Shown: piece after piece, positions 36,029 to 47,458 of the stretch
Numbering within the stretch: position 1 is the first letter of the stretch
Layout of the letters: the number at the start of each line of letters is the position of its first letter
Source: Dictyostelium discoideum
Lineage: Eukaryota
Direction: 5' to 3'
Assembly (NCBI GenBank): GCA_000004695.1
Contig: CM000154.2
Location: 96,001 to 160,000, forward strand
Length of the DNA stretch: 64,000 nt
Program-made: the position numbers and the translations under genes
Notes under the pieces: generated by a model
What the model was told of the DNA's origin: nothing
Databases searched by the model: none
The model's input: the letters and a program-made list of their open reading frames with translations, nothing else

Positions 36029-36648
36029 CTAATAAAGGTATATTGTGGGATAAACTAGTTCTTAAAGGTGGGGTTGTTATATTAATAGATTCTTTATAAT
36101 TGGTGGGTGAAGTTTTTAATTTTTTAAATGGTGTCTCTGGATGTGATTGTTCTGTTGGTGGTTCTTCATTTTTTATTAATGAGGAAGATGTATTTAAAGG
36201 TGAACCTATTGTTTCAATGGGTGGTGATGGTATATTATCCTTATCATTTTTAAAAAAATCCCAAATATTTTTTTTTCTTTCAATTTCCTTTTTACTTCCA
36301 ATACCCCCTTCACTATTGTTCTATATTTAATTAATTAGTGTTTTAGTTGGATTTTGATTTTAATTTTGTTTTTTTGTTTTTTTTTTTCTCCATACAATTA
36401 ATTTATAAATAAATAATTTGTTTAAAACATACTAAACCTTCTAATATTTTTTCAATTTCAATATTTTTAGGTTGTGTTTGAATGGTACCAGTGGATAAAT
36501 AAAGAGTAATTGTAATTTTTTGGTAATCAATTAAAATTTTAAAAAAGATTTTATTTGGTTGTTCATTTGAGTTTAAAAATATGACCTGACTAAAAATAGT
36601 TTTCAAATGTTCATATGCCGATTCTGGTGTGATAAAAATTTTTTTCAT
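35270..36648 (-). CDS. Gene carrying a bacterial-type TIR-like nucleotide-binding domain (COG4271 / 'TIR-like' family). Exon 1 is 36433-36648, a candidate middle exon is about 35878-36320, and the TIR-like domain ORF is 35270-35920
   Basis: The frame 35270-35920 encodes ...KRNARAYIAHSDNEKSNNFIKEMLIKLKIDMIIVPQNDN...EKEVKKCDFCIILITYENRFF...QPNLSLLLEMGYLISHFGKQKTIIVEFSPIE.... This matches the family hallmarks: a [VA][FY]I[VA]HG.D.E strand, an acidic DFxIxLLT segment, and the NVxFExG[YF]FIGxLGRxR motif. The track ORF (Met at 35668) truncates the domain. Exon 1 (MKKIFITPESAYEHL...EKILEGL) ends at a GTATGT donor in phase 0. Two acceptors are both in phase 0: one at 36321 (start of a stop-free 147-codon low-complexity plus poly-N stretch) and one at 35921 (start of the TIR-like frame). 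The middle stretch is in the -1 frame relative to the TIR-like ORF. So the model is either exon 1 plus exon 3 across a 512-nt intron, or a three-exon gene carrying a frameshift next to the (ATT)n microsatellite. Confidence 0.5.
35945..36027. repeat. (ATT)n microsatellite (~28 units)
   Basis: A perfect trinucleotide array sits between the TIR-like ORF and the upstream low-complexity exon. It reads as poly-N in the upstream frame and poly-I in the TIR frame. Confidence 0.9.
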
Positions 36649-37012
36649 GTTGATGTGGCATTTTTGTTTTTACAAACAAATAAAAAAAAAAATTAAAAAA
36701 AATTAAAAAAAAAAAAAAAAAAAAAAATCCAAATCTATTTTGACATTATTTTTATTTACCACACTTGCATTGGTGGTGTTTCTTTGTTAGCAAAATGACT
36801 CATCTTTATTTCCAGTCAATTTTTAAATATATTTGGTAGTGACTAAACAAAGATATTTTTATTTTATTTTCATTTTTAAACACAAATAAATTTCTTTTAT
36901 TTTATTTTTTTTTTTTTAATGTTTTTTTTTATTGTTTTTTTTAATTGTATTCAATTATCTATCTTTTAACATTTTTAAAAAGATTTAAACTATTAATACT
37001 AAATATAATAAA

Positions 37013-38305
37013 ATGGAAAATGAAATTGAAAATGAAGAAAAGAAATTTGATAATGATAAAATTGTAAAACTAATTATAATTGGGTGTGGTCAAAGAGGAT
37101 TTGTTTATAGTAGATATGCTATCGAAAGACCAAATAGATTAAAGATTGTTGCAGTTTGTGATCCAATTAAATTTAGAAGAGATAAATTTGGTTTAGAATT
37201 TGGATTAAACTCTAATATGATATTTGAAAATTGGAATGAAATTATTTCAATAGATAAATTTGCTGATGCAGTATTGATAGCAACACCTGATCAATTACAT
37301 TGTGAACCTGCAATTGCATTCGCCAGTAAAAAGTATCATTTATTAGTTGAGAAACCATTGGCAATAACTCTAGAAGATTGTGAAAAAATTACAGCAGCCT
37401 GCAAAGCCAACAATGTAATGTTATCAGTATGTCATGTATTAAGATATGCACCAGTGAATATAAAAATTAAACATTTAATTGATAGTGGTTTAATTGGTGA
37501 AGTATTAAATATTCAACATTTAGAACCAGTTGGATATTATCATCAAGCTCATTCATATGTTAGAGGTAATTGGAGAAACCTTTCAGGTTCAACCTTTATG
37601 TTATTATCAAAATCATGTCATGATCTTGATTTAATTCATTATTTTATGGGAGGCAGGAAATGTAAAAAAGTTTCATCATTTGGTAGTTTAACATACTTTA
37701 AAAAGGAAAATAAACCAATTGAAGCTGGTAATGCAATGAAATGTTTTGAATGTCCAATTAGTAATAAATGTCCATATAGTGCTCAAAAGATTTATTTAGA
37801 ACGTTATCCTTGGAAAAATCATGTACTAGTACCAGATAGAGAACCAACCAAAGAGAATGTTCAATTTGCCATTGAAAATGGTCCATATGGTAGATGCGTC
37901 TATGAGAGTGATAATGATGTGGTTGATCAACAAATTGTAAATTTAGAGTTTGAAGGTGGTGCACTATCTTCTTTTAGTATGGTAGCATTCACTGAGAGCA
38001 TGTGTGTACGTAAAATTAGAATCTTTGGTTCAATGGGTCAATTAGAATGTAACAATGGATATGATATCATCTATGATGACTTTAAATTTGGTCAAAAGGA
38101 AATCTTTAAACCACCTGTAATTCAAAAAACTAAAATGTCAAATCATGGTTCCTCAGATTATTATCTCATGAGATCATTTATTTATGCTATATCTGAAAAT
38201 GATCCAACTCAAATATTATCTGGTCCTGATGATACTCTAGCTTCCCATAAATTAGTATTTGATTCTGAAAATTCAAGATTAAATAATACAATTTTAAATT
38301 TTTAA
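37013..38305 (+). CDS. Gfo/Idh/MocA-family NAD(P)-dependent oxidoreductase
   Basis: The 430-aa product has an N-terminal Rossmann motif (KLIIIGCGQRGFVYSRYAIERPNRLKIVAVCDP) and the family EKP motif (HLLVEKPLAITLEDCEKI). The C-terminal alpha/beta dimerisation domain is present. It is a single exon with a bacterial-like sequence. Confidence 0.85.
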   Translation: MENEIENEEKKFDNDKIVKLIIIGCGQRGFVYSRYAIERPNRLKIVAVCDPIKFRRDKFGLEFGLNSNMIFENWNEIISIDKFADAVLIATPDQLHCEPAIAFASKKYHLLVEKPLAITLEDCEKITAACKANNVMLSVCHVLRYAPVNIKIKHLIDSGLIGEVLNIQHLEPVGYYHQAHSYVRGNWRNLSGSTFMLLSKSCHDLDLIHYFMGGRKCKKVSSFGSLTYFKKENKPIEAGNAMKCFECPISNKCPYSAQKIYLERYPWKNHVLVPDREPTKENVQFAIENGPYGRCVYESDNDVVDQQIVNLEFEGGALSSFSMVAFTESMCVRKIRIFGSMGQLECNNGYDIIYDDFKFGQKEIFKPPVIQKTKMSNHGSSDYYLMRSFIYAISENDPTQILSGPDDTLASHKLVFDSENSRLNNTILNF

Positions 38306-38439
38306 ATAAAATTAAATAAATAAATTTAAAAAAAAACCAAATGTTTTTTTTTTTTTTTTTTTTTTTAAGTGTTCAATGTAATTAGTTACATTGATATTTA
38401 TTTATTTTTTTAACTTGTCAATCGAAAAAATAAGGGGAT

Positions 38440-38630
38440 TAATAATATTATGGAAGAGGAATAAAAAGAATGAAGAGAAGAAAGAAGTATAGAAGAAAAG
38501 GAGTATAGAAGTAGAGGAGAGGGAGGAAAAGTGGAGAGGAAGGAAGGAAAGAAGGGGTGAAGAGGTATAAAGGAAGGAGGTATAAAGGAAGGAGGTATAA
38601 AGGGAGGGAAGTTGAAAAGTATGGGGGTTG
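38440..38630 (+). repeat. Polypurine (GA-rich) tract with 3x tandem ggtataaaggaaggag
   Basis: About 190 bp are almost exclusively A/G on the plus strand, in a 78% AT genome. The tract lies in the convergent 3' region between the Gfo/Idh/MocA and p80 genes. Track ORFs 38402-38661 are its antisense translations. Confidence 0.8.
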
Positions 38631-38721
38631 AGACACATAAAATTACTGATCCACCTTCCATATTTTCTTTTGGTTTTTTTTTTGTTTTTGATTTTGATTT
38701 TGATTTGGTGTATATATAAAT

Positions 38722-38760
<39 letters not shown>

Positions 38761-38805
38761 TACTTATCATTTATATTTCTTTAAGGTGTCAAGATCTTCG
38801 GAAGT

Positions 38806-40581
38806 TCACTCGCAACAAGTAACTCTTGGAGTATAGTTACGATATCTACCAAAGAGAATATTACCAACTAAAACTCCTGCAATTACTGCAAAAAAGAGTG
38901 CAACATTAAATGTCATTCTGTAAATTAATTGGTAATAATAAAAAAAAAACATTAATATTTCATTATGTATAAAAAAAATTAATAAAATTAAAAAAAAGGT
39001 TCAACTTACGCAACAAGCATTAAAGCATAACTACATGTTAGTTCGATAGCATGTAAACATCCTCTCTGTTTTAATAAAAAAAAAAAAAAAAACAAAAAAA
39101 AATTATTATTAGTATGAATAAATTAAATAAAAAAAATAAAAAGAATTTATACATACAATTATATCTCTATAAGAGAATTTTGGATAAGAACCACTTAAGA
39201 AAGATGAATTAATTAAATTATTATCTTCTGAATCTTTTTTGTTTGGAGTCCATCTTTTTTCTAAAATACTTCTAAGGGTTTTTTCGAGTTCAAAAAAGAT
39301 AGCAAAGAAAAAGATGGCAAACCATGAACCAGCAAATTGACGGTCAGTTCTTGGTACCCAAGATTTAAAGAGGATATAGTCCAAGATACCAGTGTGAAAG
39401 TACATTCTCATGATTGGAACGGCGTCAGCAACAGAGGCGACACAATAGTCTGATGTGATTTGAGAGTTGTAGAGTTGACCAGAGGAGGAACACATCTTGG
39501 TCCAATTGGCACATTGTGACATATCAGGCATAGCCATACAAAGGGAGGAGTAAACTGGCAAAACATCACAGGTGGTAGTTGGTGAATTTCCTGAACATTT
39601 CTCACAACCATCCATTGCCATCTCTGTGCAAATACTTTTAATACCAGCGAATAATTGCATTGTGGTTGGTAAATTACTAATTGAATCGACTGATGAACAT
39701 TGTTCAACAACTGAACCTGATGCGCAGAGTTTCTTAAAGTTTGAACAACCATTCATACCTGGCATATCATGGAGACAGCTATCACCAAGAATTGAAAATG
39801 GAGCACAAATACCACTTGTTGATGATTCTTGATTACATGATTTTTGAATGGAGCATACTGTCATGTATGGCATACTCTTACAAAGGTTAAGGATATCGGC
39901 ATTTGCATTGGCAGCAGTATAAACATAGTCTGCACAACTTGGATCGGATGGATTGGTGAAACAATCTGTTGCAGGTGTTGGCTCATCAGTACAAATTCCC
40001 GAGGAGATTGGTGAACTTGCCATGTTACCAGAAGAAGCACACATTTGGGTCCAGTTGGCACATTGACCCATCTCTGGCATTGCAAGACAAAGAGTGGAAT
40101 AAACTGTTAATACATCACAAGTGGCATTTAATATTGTGCATTTTTCACAACCTGTCATTGTCATTTCATTACAAATACTTTTAATATTTGCCCACATTTT
40201 CATTGTAGTTGGAAGATCGGTAACAGAGTCAACGGTTGAACATTGTTCAACGACTGAACCGGATGCACATAATTTCTTAAAGTTATTACAACCACTCATG
40301 CCTGGCATATCGTGAAGACAACTATCACCAAGAATTGAGAATGGATCACAAATACCACTTGTTGAGGATTCTTGATTACATGATTGTTGAATGGTACAAA
40401 CTGGCATATAAGGCATGCTACCACATAAATTATTGATATCTGCTGTTATATTTGCCAATGGATATTGAAAATTGGTACAACTAGCATCACTTGAATTTGT
40501 GACACAATCAACTTGTCCTTGAACTAAAAATAAAGAACAACTAATTAAAATGAAAAATAATAAGCCTGATATTACTTTCAT
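38806..40581 (-). CDS. p80: p80-like endosomal membrane protein with a C-terminal Ctr copper-transporter domain. There are 3 exons (39157-40581, 39010-39065 and 38806-38917) giving a 530-aa product
   Basis: A signal peptide is followed by two tandem ~150-aa Cys-rich modules (internal duplication ...NLCGSMPYMPVCTIQQSCNQESSTSGICDPFSILGDSCLHDMPGMSGCNNFKKLCASGSVVEQCS... repeated as ...NLCKSMPYMTVCSIQKSCNQESSTSGICAPFSILGDSCLHDMPGMNGCSNFKKLCASGSVVEQCS...). Then come the Ctr motifs (MRMYFHTGILDYILFKSWVP...). The track ORF reads through the GTATGT donor after ...SYRDII. The 56-nt micro-exon RGCLHAIELTCSYALMLVA (GTAAGT donor) and the final exon AMTFNVALFFAVIAGVLVGNILFGRYRNYTPRVTCCE* restore the canonical Ctr C-terminal TM with its GxxxG-like packing motif. 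Confidence 0.75.
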
Positions 40582-41311
40582 TTTTTTCTATATATATATT
40601 ATATTGCTTGTATGTTTGGGTGTGTGAGTGTGTGTTTTTATTATTTTTTTTTTTTTTTCTATTTTATTTTTTATTTTTATTTTTTTTTTAATTGATTTTT
40701 AATTATTAATAATTTATTATTATTTATTACTATTATTTATTAAAAAAAAAATAATAAAATAAAGAAAAAAAAATAAATAAATTTAGACAATTAGAATTTT
40801 AATTTACCCAATAATTGTATTTGAACGAATGAAACTCAAAAATAAAAAAAATAAAAAAATAAAAAAAAAAATAAAAAAAATTAAAAAAATTAAAATGAAA
40901 AAAAAAAAAAAAAAAAAAAAAATCTTGTGGGGACAAATGTTTTTCAATTAAAATTGAACTTGGGTATTTTTGTAAAAACACAATTAAATAATAAAGAAAT
41001 AATAAAAAAAAAATAAAAACTATATATTCTTTTTTTTTTTTATTTTTTATTTTTCCTTTTTCAATTTATTCAATCATTTCTTTTAATTTATTTTTTTCCC
41101 AATTTATTTAATCATTTTTTTTTTTATTATTTTTTTTTCCCATTTAAAATTTATTTTTTTTAATTTTTTTTTTTTATTTTTTTTTTTTTTTTTTTTTACT
41201 TTTATAATTTTTTTTTTTAATTTATTTTTTTTTTTAATTTTTTTTTTTTACTTTTATTTTTTTTTTCAATTTTTTTATTAATTGTGATTTATATATTTGT
41301 TTATTCAATAA

Positions 41312-44300
41312 ATGAGGAGCGAAGCACAAGTTCCTCCAGCACAAAAAGTTTATTATGAAGAACTTTTTCAAATTGCTGATGTGGACAAAGATGGAGTAAT
41401 TGGTTTAAACGATGCATCATTTTTTAGAAATTCAATGTTATCAAATGATATTTTAAGAGATGTAATTACTTTTTTTTAATTTATAATAATAAATAAGTAA
41501 ATAAAAAAAAATAAAAAAAACAAACCAATAGTTTTACTAAATTTTTTTTATTATTATTTTATTCATTAATAATTTTAGATTTGGCAATTATCAGATGTGA
41601 ATAATGGATATTTAAATATTGACGATTTTTTTGTAGCATTAAAATTAGTTTCATTGGCACAAATGGGAGCACCAGTTACTTTGGATAGTATTAAATTAAT
41701 ACCAGTTATTCCACCACCAAAATTAAATGATATTCCCCCATTAAAAAATGATGTAGGTTTTAATTCAAAAAAAAAAAAAAAAAAAAAAAAAAACCATTTA
41801 TAAACACTCATATTTCTAATAATAACATAATAATAATAATAATAATAATAATTAATAAAAGTGGATAATAAGTAATGGTGAAAAACAAAATTATATAGAT
41901 TTATTTAATAAATATGATGAGGATGGTGATGGATTTATTTTAGGATCACAAGCTAAAACTATATTTGGTACAAGTGGATTGCCAACAAAAATGTTGAGCC
42001 ATATTTGGAATTTATCAGATGTTAGTAAGGATCAAAAATTGGATTGTCAAGAGTTTATAATGGCAACATTTCTCATTAGATCAGTATTAAAAGGTTATGA
42101 ACTACCAAATAAATTACCAGAATCATTGATTACATCTTCACATTATATTAGTTCGGCTGGTGTACCATCACCAAAGATTCCAGAATGGTTAATACCACCA
42201 CCCGAGAGAATAATATATGAAGATTTATTCAATAAGAACCAACAGGGAGGTATATTCACAGGTTCTCAAGCAAAAGTTCTCTTTGAGAAATCTGGTCTCT
42301 CCAATCAAGATTTGAAATTGATTTGGGATTTAGCTGACCACAATCAAGAACAAGTTTTAGATAAACATAAATTTGTAATTGCAATGTTTTTAATCTCTCA
42401 AAGAAAAAAAGGTAAAGAATTACCTCAATCACTTCCTCAACTATTATTAGAATCTTCAAAGAGTACATTCAATCCTTCTTCAATAACTTCACCACCACCA
42501 CAATCTTCACCACAATCTTCTCAACTACAACAACAACCACCACAACAGCAACAACAAACTGGTGATTCAAAATATAATATAAATTTAAATGATTTAGTTT
42601 CAAATACCACACCAATTGGCCAACCAAATATACAACCAACTACTACTACTACTACAACACCTGCAACTGCTTCAGGTGGCTTGAATGTTAGTGGTTTACT
42701 TTCACCACCACCTCAACAGCAATCACCTTCAATTGTAGGTACACCACCTTCTACTATAACAAGAGAAGGATCATTTACATTTGATAATAGTGGTGGTGGT
42801 AATAATTTATTAGCAAAACCACCAAGAAGTAATAGTATTACACGTATGAATTCATTCCAACATCAATTACCACAACAACAACAACAACAAGTTTCACCAC
42901 AATCGACCATTTCAAATACTAGTATTGGTAGTGGTAGTAGTAGTTTCTTATCAACTAATGCTACAACATCATCACCACCACCAATACCATCAACATCTTC
43001 ACAACCAACTTCATCAAATAATAGTTCTATAACTAGTAATAATAACAATCCAATTAGTCCAACATCCACCAATATTACTCAATTATTTGAAAACATTGAA
43101 AAAGTTAAACAACAAGTATTTGAACAAGAGAGAATTAGACAAGAGGAAATTCAAGTTAAATTGAACCAAGAATTACAATTGGAAGCAGAGTTAAAACAAC
43201 AACTCGCACAAGAACAACAACAATTAGATGAGGTTAGGGAAAATGTAAAAGAAGAGGAAATCAAACTATCCTCTATTAAAGCTGATAATCAATCATTGAA
43301 AGAACAAATTTCAACCGCTAGAGTCGATATTAAATCATTAAAATCACAGTTGGAACAACAATCATCACTACTCAGAGAAAAGAGTGAATTGTTTGACGAA
43401 CAAAATGAAGCACTCTCACACTTGAATGATGATCTTAAAGAAAAACAACAAGAGTTACAAAAGAATAAACAACAAATCGAACAATTATTGTCATCAATTG
43501 AATCGATTAAACAAAATCGTACCGATGTAAAGAATCAAATTTCAACTGTAACCAAACAATTGAATGACTCTAAATTAGAATTAAAACAATTAGCTGAGGA
43601 ACAAAAACAACAAAAACAAAAATTAGCAGAAGAACAAAAACAATTACAACAATTACAACAACAACAACAACAACAAGCAACTTCAAAATCTTTAACCTCT
43701 GTTAAATCTGATGATAATATAACTTTCCTTAGTGGTATTAATACAAATACCACCTCTACAAACACAGCAACTTCAATTCCAACTGCAAGTGTAAGTGGAA
43801 ATGATAATTGGGACTTTTTTAATTCACCACCAGTTAAATCATCATCATCCTTACCAACTTCACCATTTGATGATGATAAAACTTTTGTACCAACATTTAC
43901 AACTACCACCACCACAACTAATAATAATAATAATAATAACACTATAAATACTAGTAATGGTAATTTAACATTTACATCACCAGTTAAATCAACTGTTAAT
44001 CAATTGAAATCATCAAATTCATCAGTTGGTGGAACAGGTGGTAGTGTTTCAACTAGAAAATTAAGTGGTGCAAGTGTCAGTAGTAACAATAGTTTCAATG
44101 ATAATACTAGTATAGATACATTAAATAATCATTTTGGTTCCGATCAATTTTCATTCAACTCATTTGGAAGTAATAATTTAACAGCACCACCAACAACCTC
44201 ATCTTCAACAAATAAAGTTCAATCAGATTTCTTTGGTGTCGGTGGAGGAAATAAAGATCCATTTGGTGGTGATTCAAATAATAATCCATTTGGTGAGGAA

Positions 44301-44604
44301 AGTACATCATCAATTAGGGATGGTGGTTCTGAAACTTTATCAGAAGCTCATACTCTCTTTGATAAAGATCCACTTTTTGAAACAAATGATGCATTTCAAT
44401 CCAGTAAAGATCCATTTGGTCAAATTTTATTCTCAAACTTTACAAAAGATTCATTTGGTGGTGAAAGTGTATCAAACAATAGTAATAATAGTAGTATAAT
44501 TTCTTCAAATACAATACCTTCATCAAATTTTACTTTTAATACAAATTCAACAACAACCAATAATCGCCAATCACCAATTGATTCTGATTTATTTAGTGAC
44601 AATC

Positions 44605-44672
<68 letters not shown>

Positions 44673-45128
44673 CCAACTCAGTCAAATCAAAATAATCAAA
44701 GTTTTACAAGTAATGATTCTTTTGATGATTTCCAAACTACACCAACACCAACCAATAACAACAACAACACTACAACAACAGAGTTTGGTGTAAAGTTTAG
44801 TGATACAACTTTTGGTGATAGTTCAAATGGTGATTTTGATTTTGGAAGTAATGTATTTGGTCAACCAAGTGCAAATGATCCATTTTCATCATCAATTGAA
44901 CCTCAACATCAACCTGATACAAACAATGTATCCTCTGATCCATTTAAAGGTGGTTTTGATGATTTTGGAAGTGCACCATTCTCTTTTGATAATAAATTCA
45001 ATGAAGTAGTTGGCGATGATTCACCATCATTAACAACAGCAACAACAACAACAACAAATGATAATGATAATGGCACTTTTGTTTTTAATGACAATAATAA
45101 TAATACACCTTCACCATTTGATTCTTAA
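41312..45128 (+). CDS. Eps15-like endocytic adaptor with three EH domains, a coiled coil and DPF/NPF-rich tail. Exons are 41312-41461, 41579-41752 and ~41861-45128
   Basis: EH domain 1 spans exons 1-2 (KVYYEELFQIADVDKDGVIGLNDASFF... / IWQLSDVNNGYLNIDDFFVALKLVSLAQ). The donor is GTAATT and the acceptor ttttag. A GTAGGT donor after ...PLKND and an aaaag acceptor lead into WIISNGEKQNYIDLFNKYDEDGDGFILGSQAKTIFGTSGLPTKMLSHIWNLSDV... (EH domains 2-3, in frame with track ORF 41979). The rest is a long coiled coil (EQQQLDEVRENVKEEEIKLSSIKADNQSLKEQ...), many DPF/NPFG motifs and a (CAA)n poly-Q run. Confidence 0.8.
44607..44672 (+). repeat. (CAA)n microsatellite encoding poly-Q inside the Eps15-like CDS
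   Basis: About 22 caa units give QQQQ... Confidence 0.9.
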
Positions 45129-45256
45129 GAATTATATTAAAAAAAAAAAAACATCAATTATTATTGTATTTTAAAAGTAAAAATAAATAAAAAAAATAAA
45201 AATAAAAATATTAAAAATAAAAGGAAAACTTAAAATAAATTTATTTAAATCTTTCT

Positions 45257-47280
45257 TTAAAGACCAATATAATATGATCTACCACCAACATTTTGAATTG
45301 GAGTAATTGTTGGTGATAATAAACACCATTCATACCAAACTTTACTCTTTGAAACATTTCTCCAAAATGCACATTTAGCTTTTATATTATTATTATTATT
45401 ATTATTTAAATTTCCATTTGAGAAATAAACTGGTTGTTTTAATGGGAAATAAATTGGAAACCAACTAAACATACCAGTTGAAAAATTACTTGGATTAATA
45501 CTTATATGAACATCTTTATATAGACAACAATCGAAATAACCAATGAAACCATGACAAGTGGTTGATGGAATTGTTAATTCAAATTCTAATGATTCATATC
45601 TAGAGTTATCAATGATTTCATCTCTATTTGGATGTGAGAATGTAAATAATGGTTTTGATTCTGCTAATTGATGGAAATTATGAGGTTTAACAACGTATGG
45701 TGTTTCTGAATGTTTTAAATCACCATAGGCAGTAACTTCATTAAAAAGTTTTGATGAACTAATTGGTGCAATATAAGAGGTATACCAAGTTGGAATACTA
45801 ATACCTGTATCTTTTTTTAAATATCTTTGTGCTCCATCTAAACATTCTGGACTTAATTCATTATCACCAAATGATCCTAATAATTCACTAACCATAATAT
45901 CTGCTCTATATTCTGTATTCCAATCTCTCATATCACTATCAATAACTGTAACAATTTCTTCCCATCCTTCCATTATAATTCTATTTCTTAATCTATTTAT
46001 TTAAAAAGAAATAATGATTAGATAATTTAATTTTTTTTTTTTTTTTTTTTTTTTTTTCAGTTTTTATTTAATATAGTAAATACTTACGTAACGATAGCGT
46101 TTGGATTTTTTTCAACAGCAAAAACTTTAACAAATTTATTAGCTTCAATTGAAGCTTGAATTGAAGAATTTACTAAAGGACCTCTACCAGCACCAACTAC
46201 CATAATAATGATTGGATCATCTTTTGAATCTTTTTTATCCAAATCCAATAAAGCCAATCTAACAGCATTTTGATATTGTTTATATTTGATTGGATCTTTT
46301 TCAAAGACTTCATAAGTTTGTGATTCTAAATTATCCATTAATGGTTGAAGTGGTGCTTGAAGGAAATCTAAATATGGCATTTCAAAGTATTCCTCTTGAG
46401 TTAATGGATTTTGATTTGTATGTAAAAATTTCAAATAGGTTTTGTAGTCTTTTAAAGTATCCATAGATGCACCACTAACAACAAATTGAATATTATAGTT
46501 GAATAGCTGTAAAAGAAATTGTTGATGTGCTTTTGATAATGTTGGAAAACCCGCTTTATTAGTTAAGAAAACTGATGTTGGTATAATTACACATTTCACT
46601 GGTTCACCTAACCATTGTTGTAATTGTTCTTTTGATGGTAAATCTGATGTCATCTCTAAAACTGCTGATAAATTTGGATGTTGATTACAAAGTAATCTAA
46701 AATTGTTCCACCATTCCCATGGATTATCATTATCAACTAAATTATTACCACTACCACCACTAGTATTATGATCTTGATAATAATCAAATTTATTCAATAA
46801 TTGTGATTTTGGTGAAACTAATGGTATTCTAATCCAAACTTTCATATAGGAAAGTGATTGGAGTGATTGATTTACAACTTGTGCATAATTTGTACTATTG
46901 AATGATGGTGTTGGTAAGAGAATTGATGGTAATGATAAATGTGCTGCCCATGATATCTCTTGTTTTAATGTTTTAACACTATTACTACGAATTGTTGGAT
47001 CAATTGAATCTAAATCTATACCATTGGTACTGGTTTTACCAACGATTGATGATCTCCAATAATTTGATTGTAATAATGTATCTGATCTTGTAAATGCTAC
47101 TTTGTTACTAAAACTATTACCAATTGATGCTTTGGTAAAATCACGATTAAATCTTGGATGTGAAATTGAGGTCATTATAAATTGATATTCCAAATCATAT
47201 GCACGCTCGATATCAAGTTGAATATCAACCGATTCTAATTCAACCCCACATGAAAATTCATATTGTGCACTATTTATCAT
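45257..47280 (-). CDS. prmt5: Protein arginine N-methyltransferase 5 (PRMT5); 2 exons 46088-47280 and 45257-45992
   Basis: The N-terminal TIM-barrel region (...[18 protein letters not shown]...[21 protein letters not shown]...) and the Rossmann region ([42 protein letters not shown]) are collinear with human PRMT5. A GTAAGT donor (phase 2) and an aaataaatag acceptor join to [86 protein letters not shown] (compare human [46 protein letters not shown]). The product is about 642 aa. Confidence 0.9.
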
Positions 47281-47312
47281 TTTTATCTAAAAAATTTAAA
47301 AATAAATAATTG

Positions 47313-47351
<39 letters not shown>

Positions 47352-47365
47352 ATGGGGCGAGCGAG

Positions 47366-47400
<35 letters not shown>

Positions 47401-47458
47401 GTCGTTTTGGAAAATGGTTGTTTAGGAGAAAGAAAAAAAAAAAAAGTGATTATTGGGT

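Noticed and set aside
36100-36330. Plus-strand 76-aa ORF between the TIR-like ORF and its first exon
   Set aside because: It is the antisense of a longer (147-codon) minus-strand open frame that is flanked by a phase-compatible acceptor. The minus strand is preferred, though both are low-complexity.
38402-38661. Three overlapping minus-strand ORFs (Pro/Leu/Ser/Phe-rich)
   Set aside because: These are antisense translations of the GA-polypurine tract. The real p80 exon 3 (38806-38917) lies just beyond.
39408-40315. Several plus- and minus-strand ORFs inside the p80 gene (39408-39752, 39572-39832, 39861-40085, 39969-40184, 40121-40315)
   Set aside because: These are alternative frames of the duplicated Cys-rich ectodomain coding sequence. 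The p80 frame is supported end-to-end.
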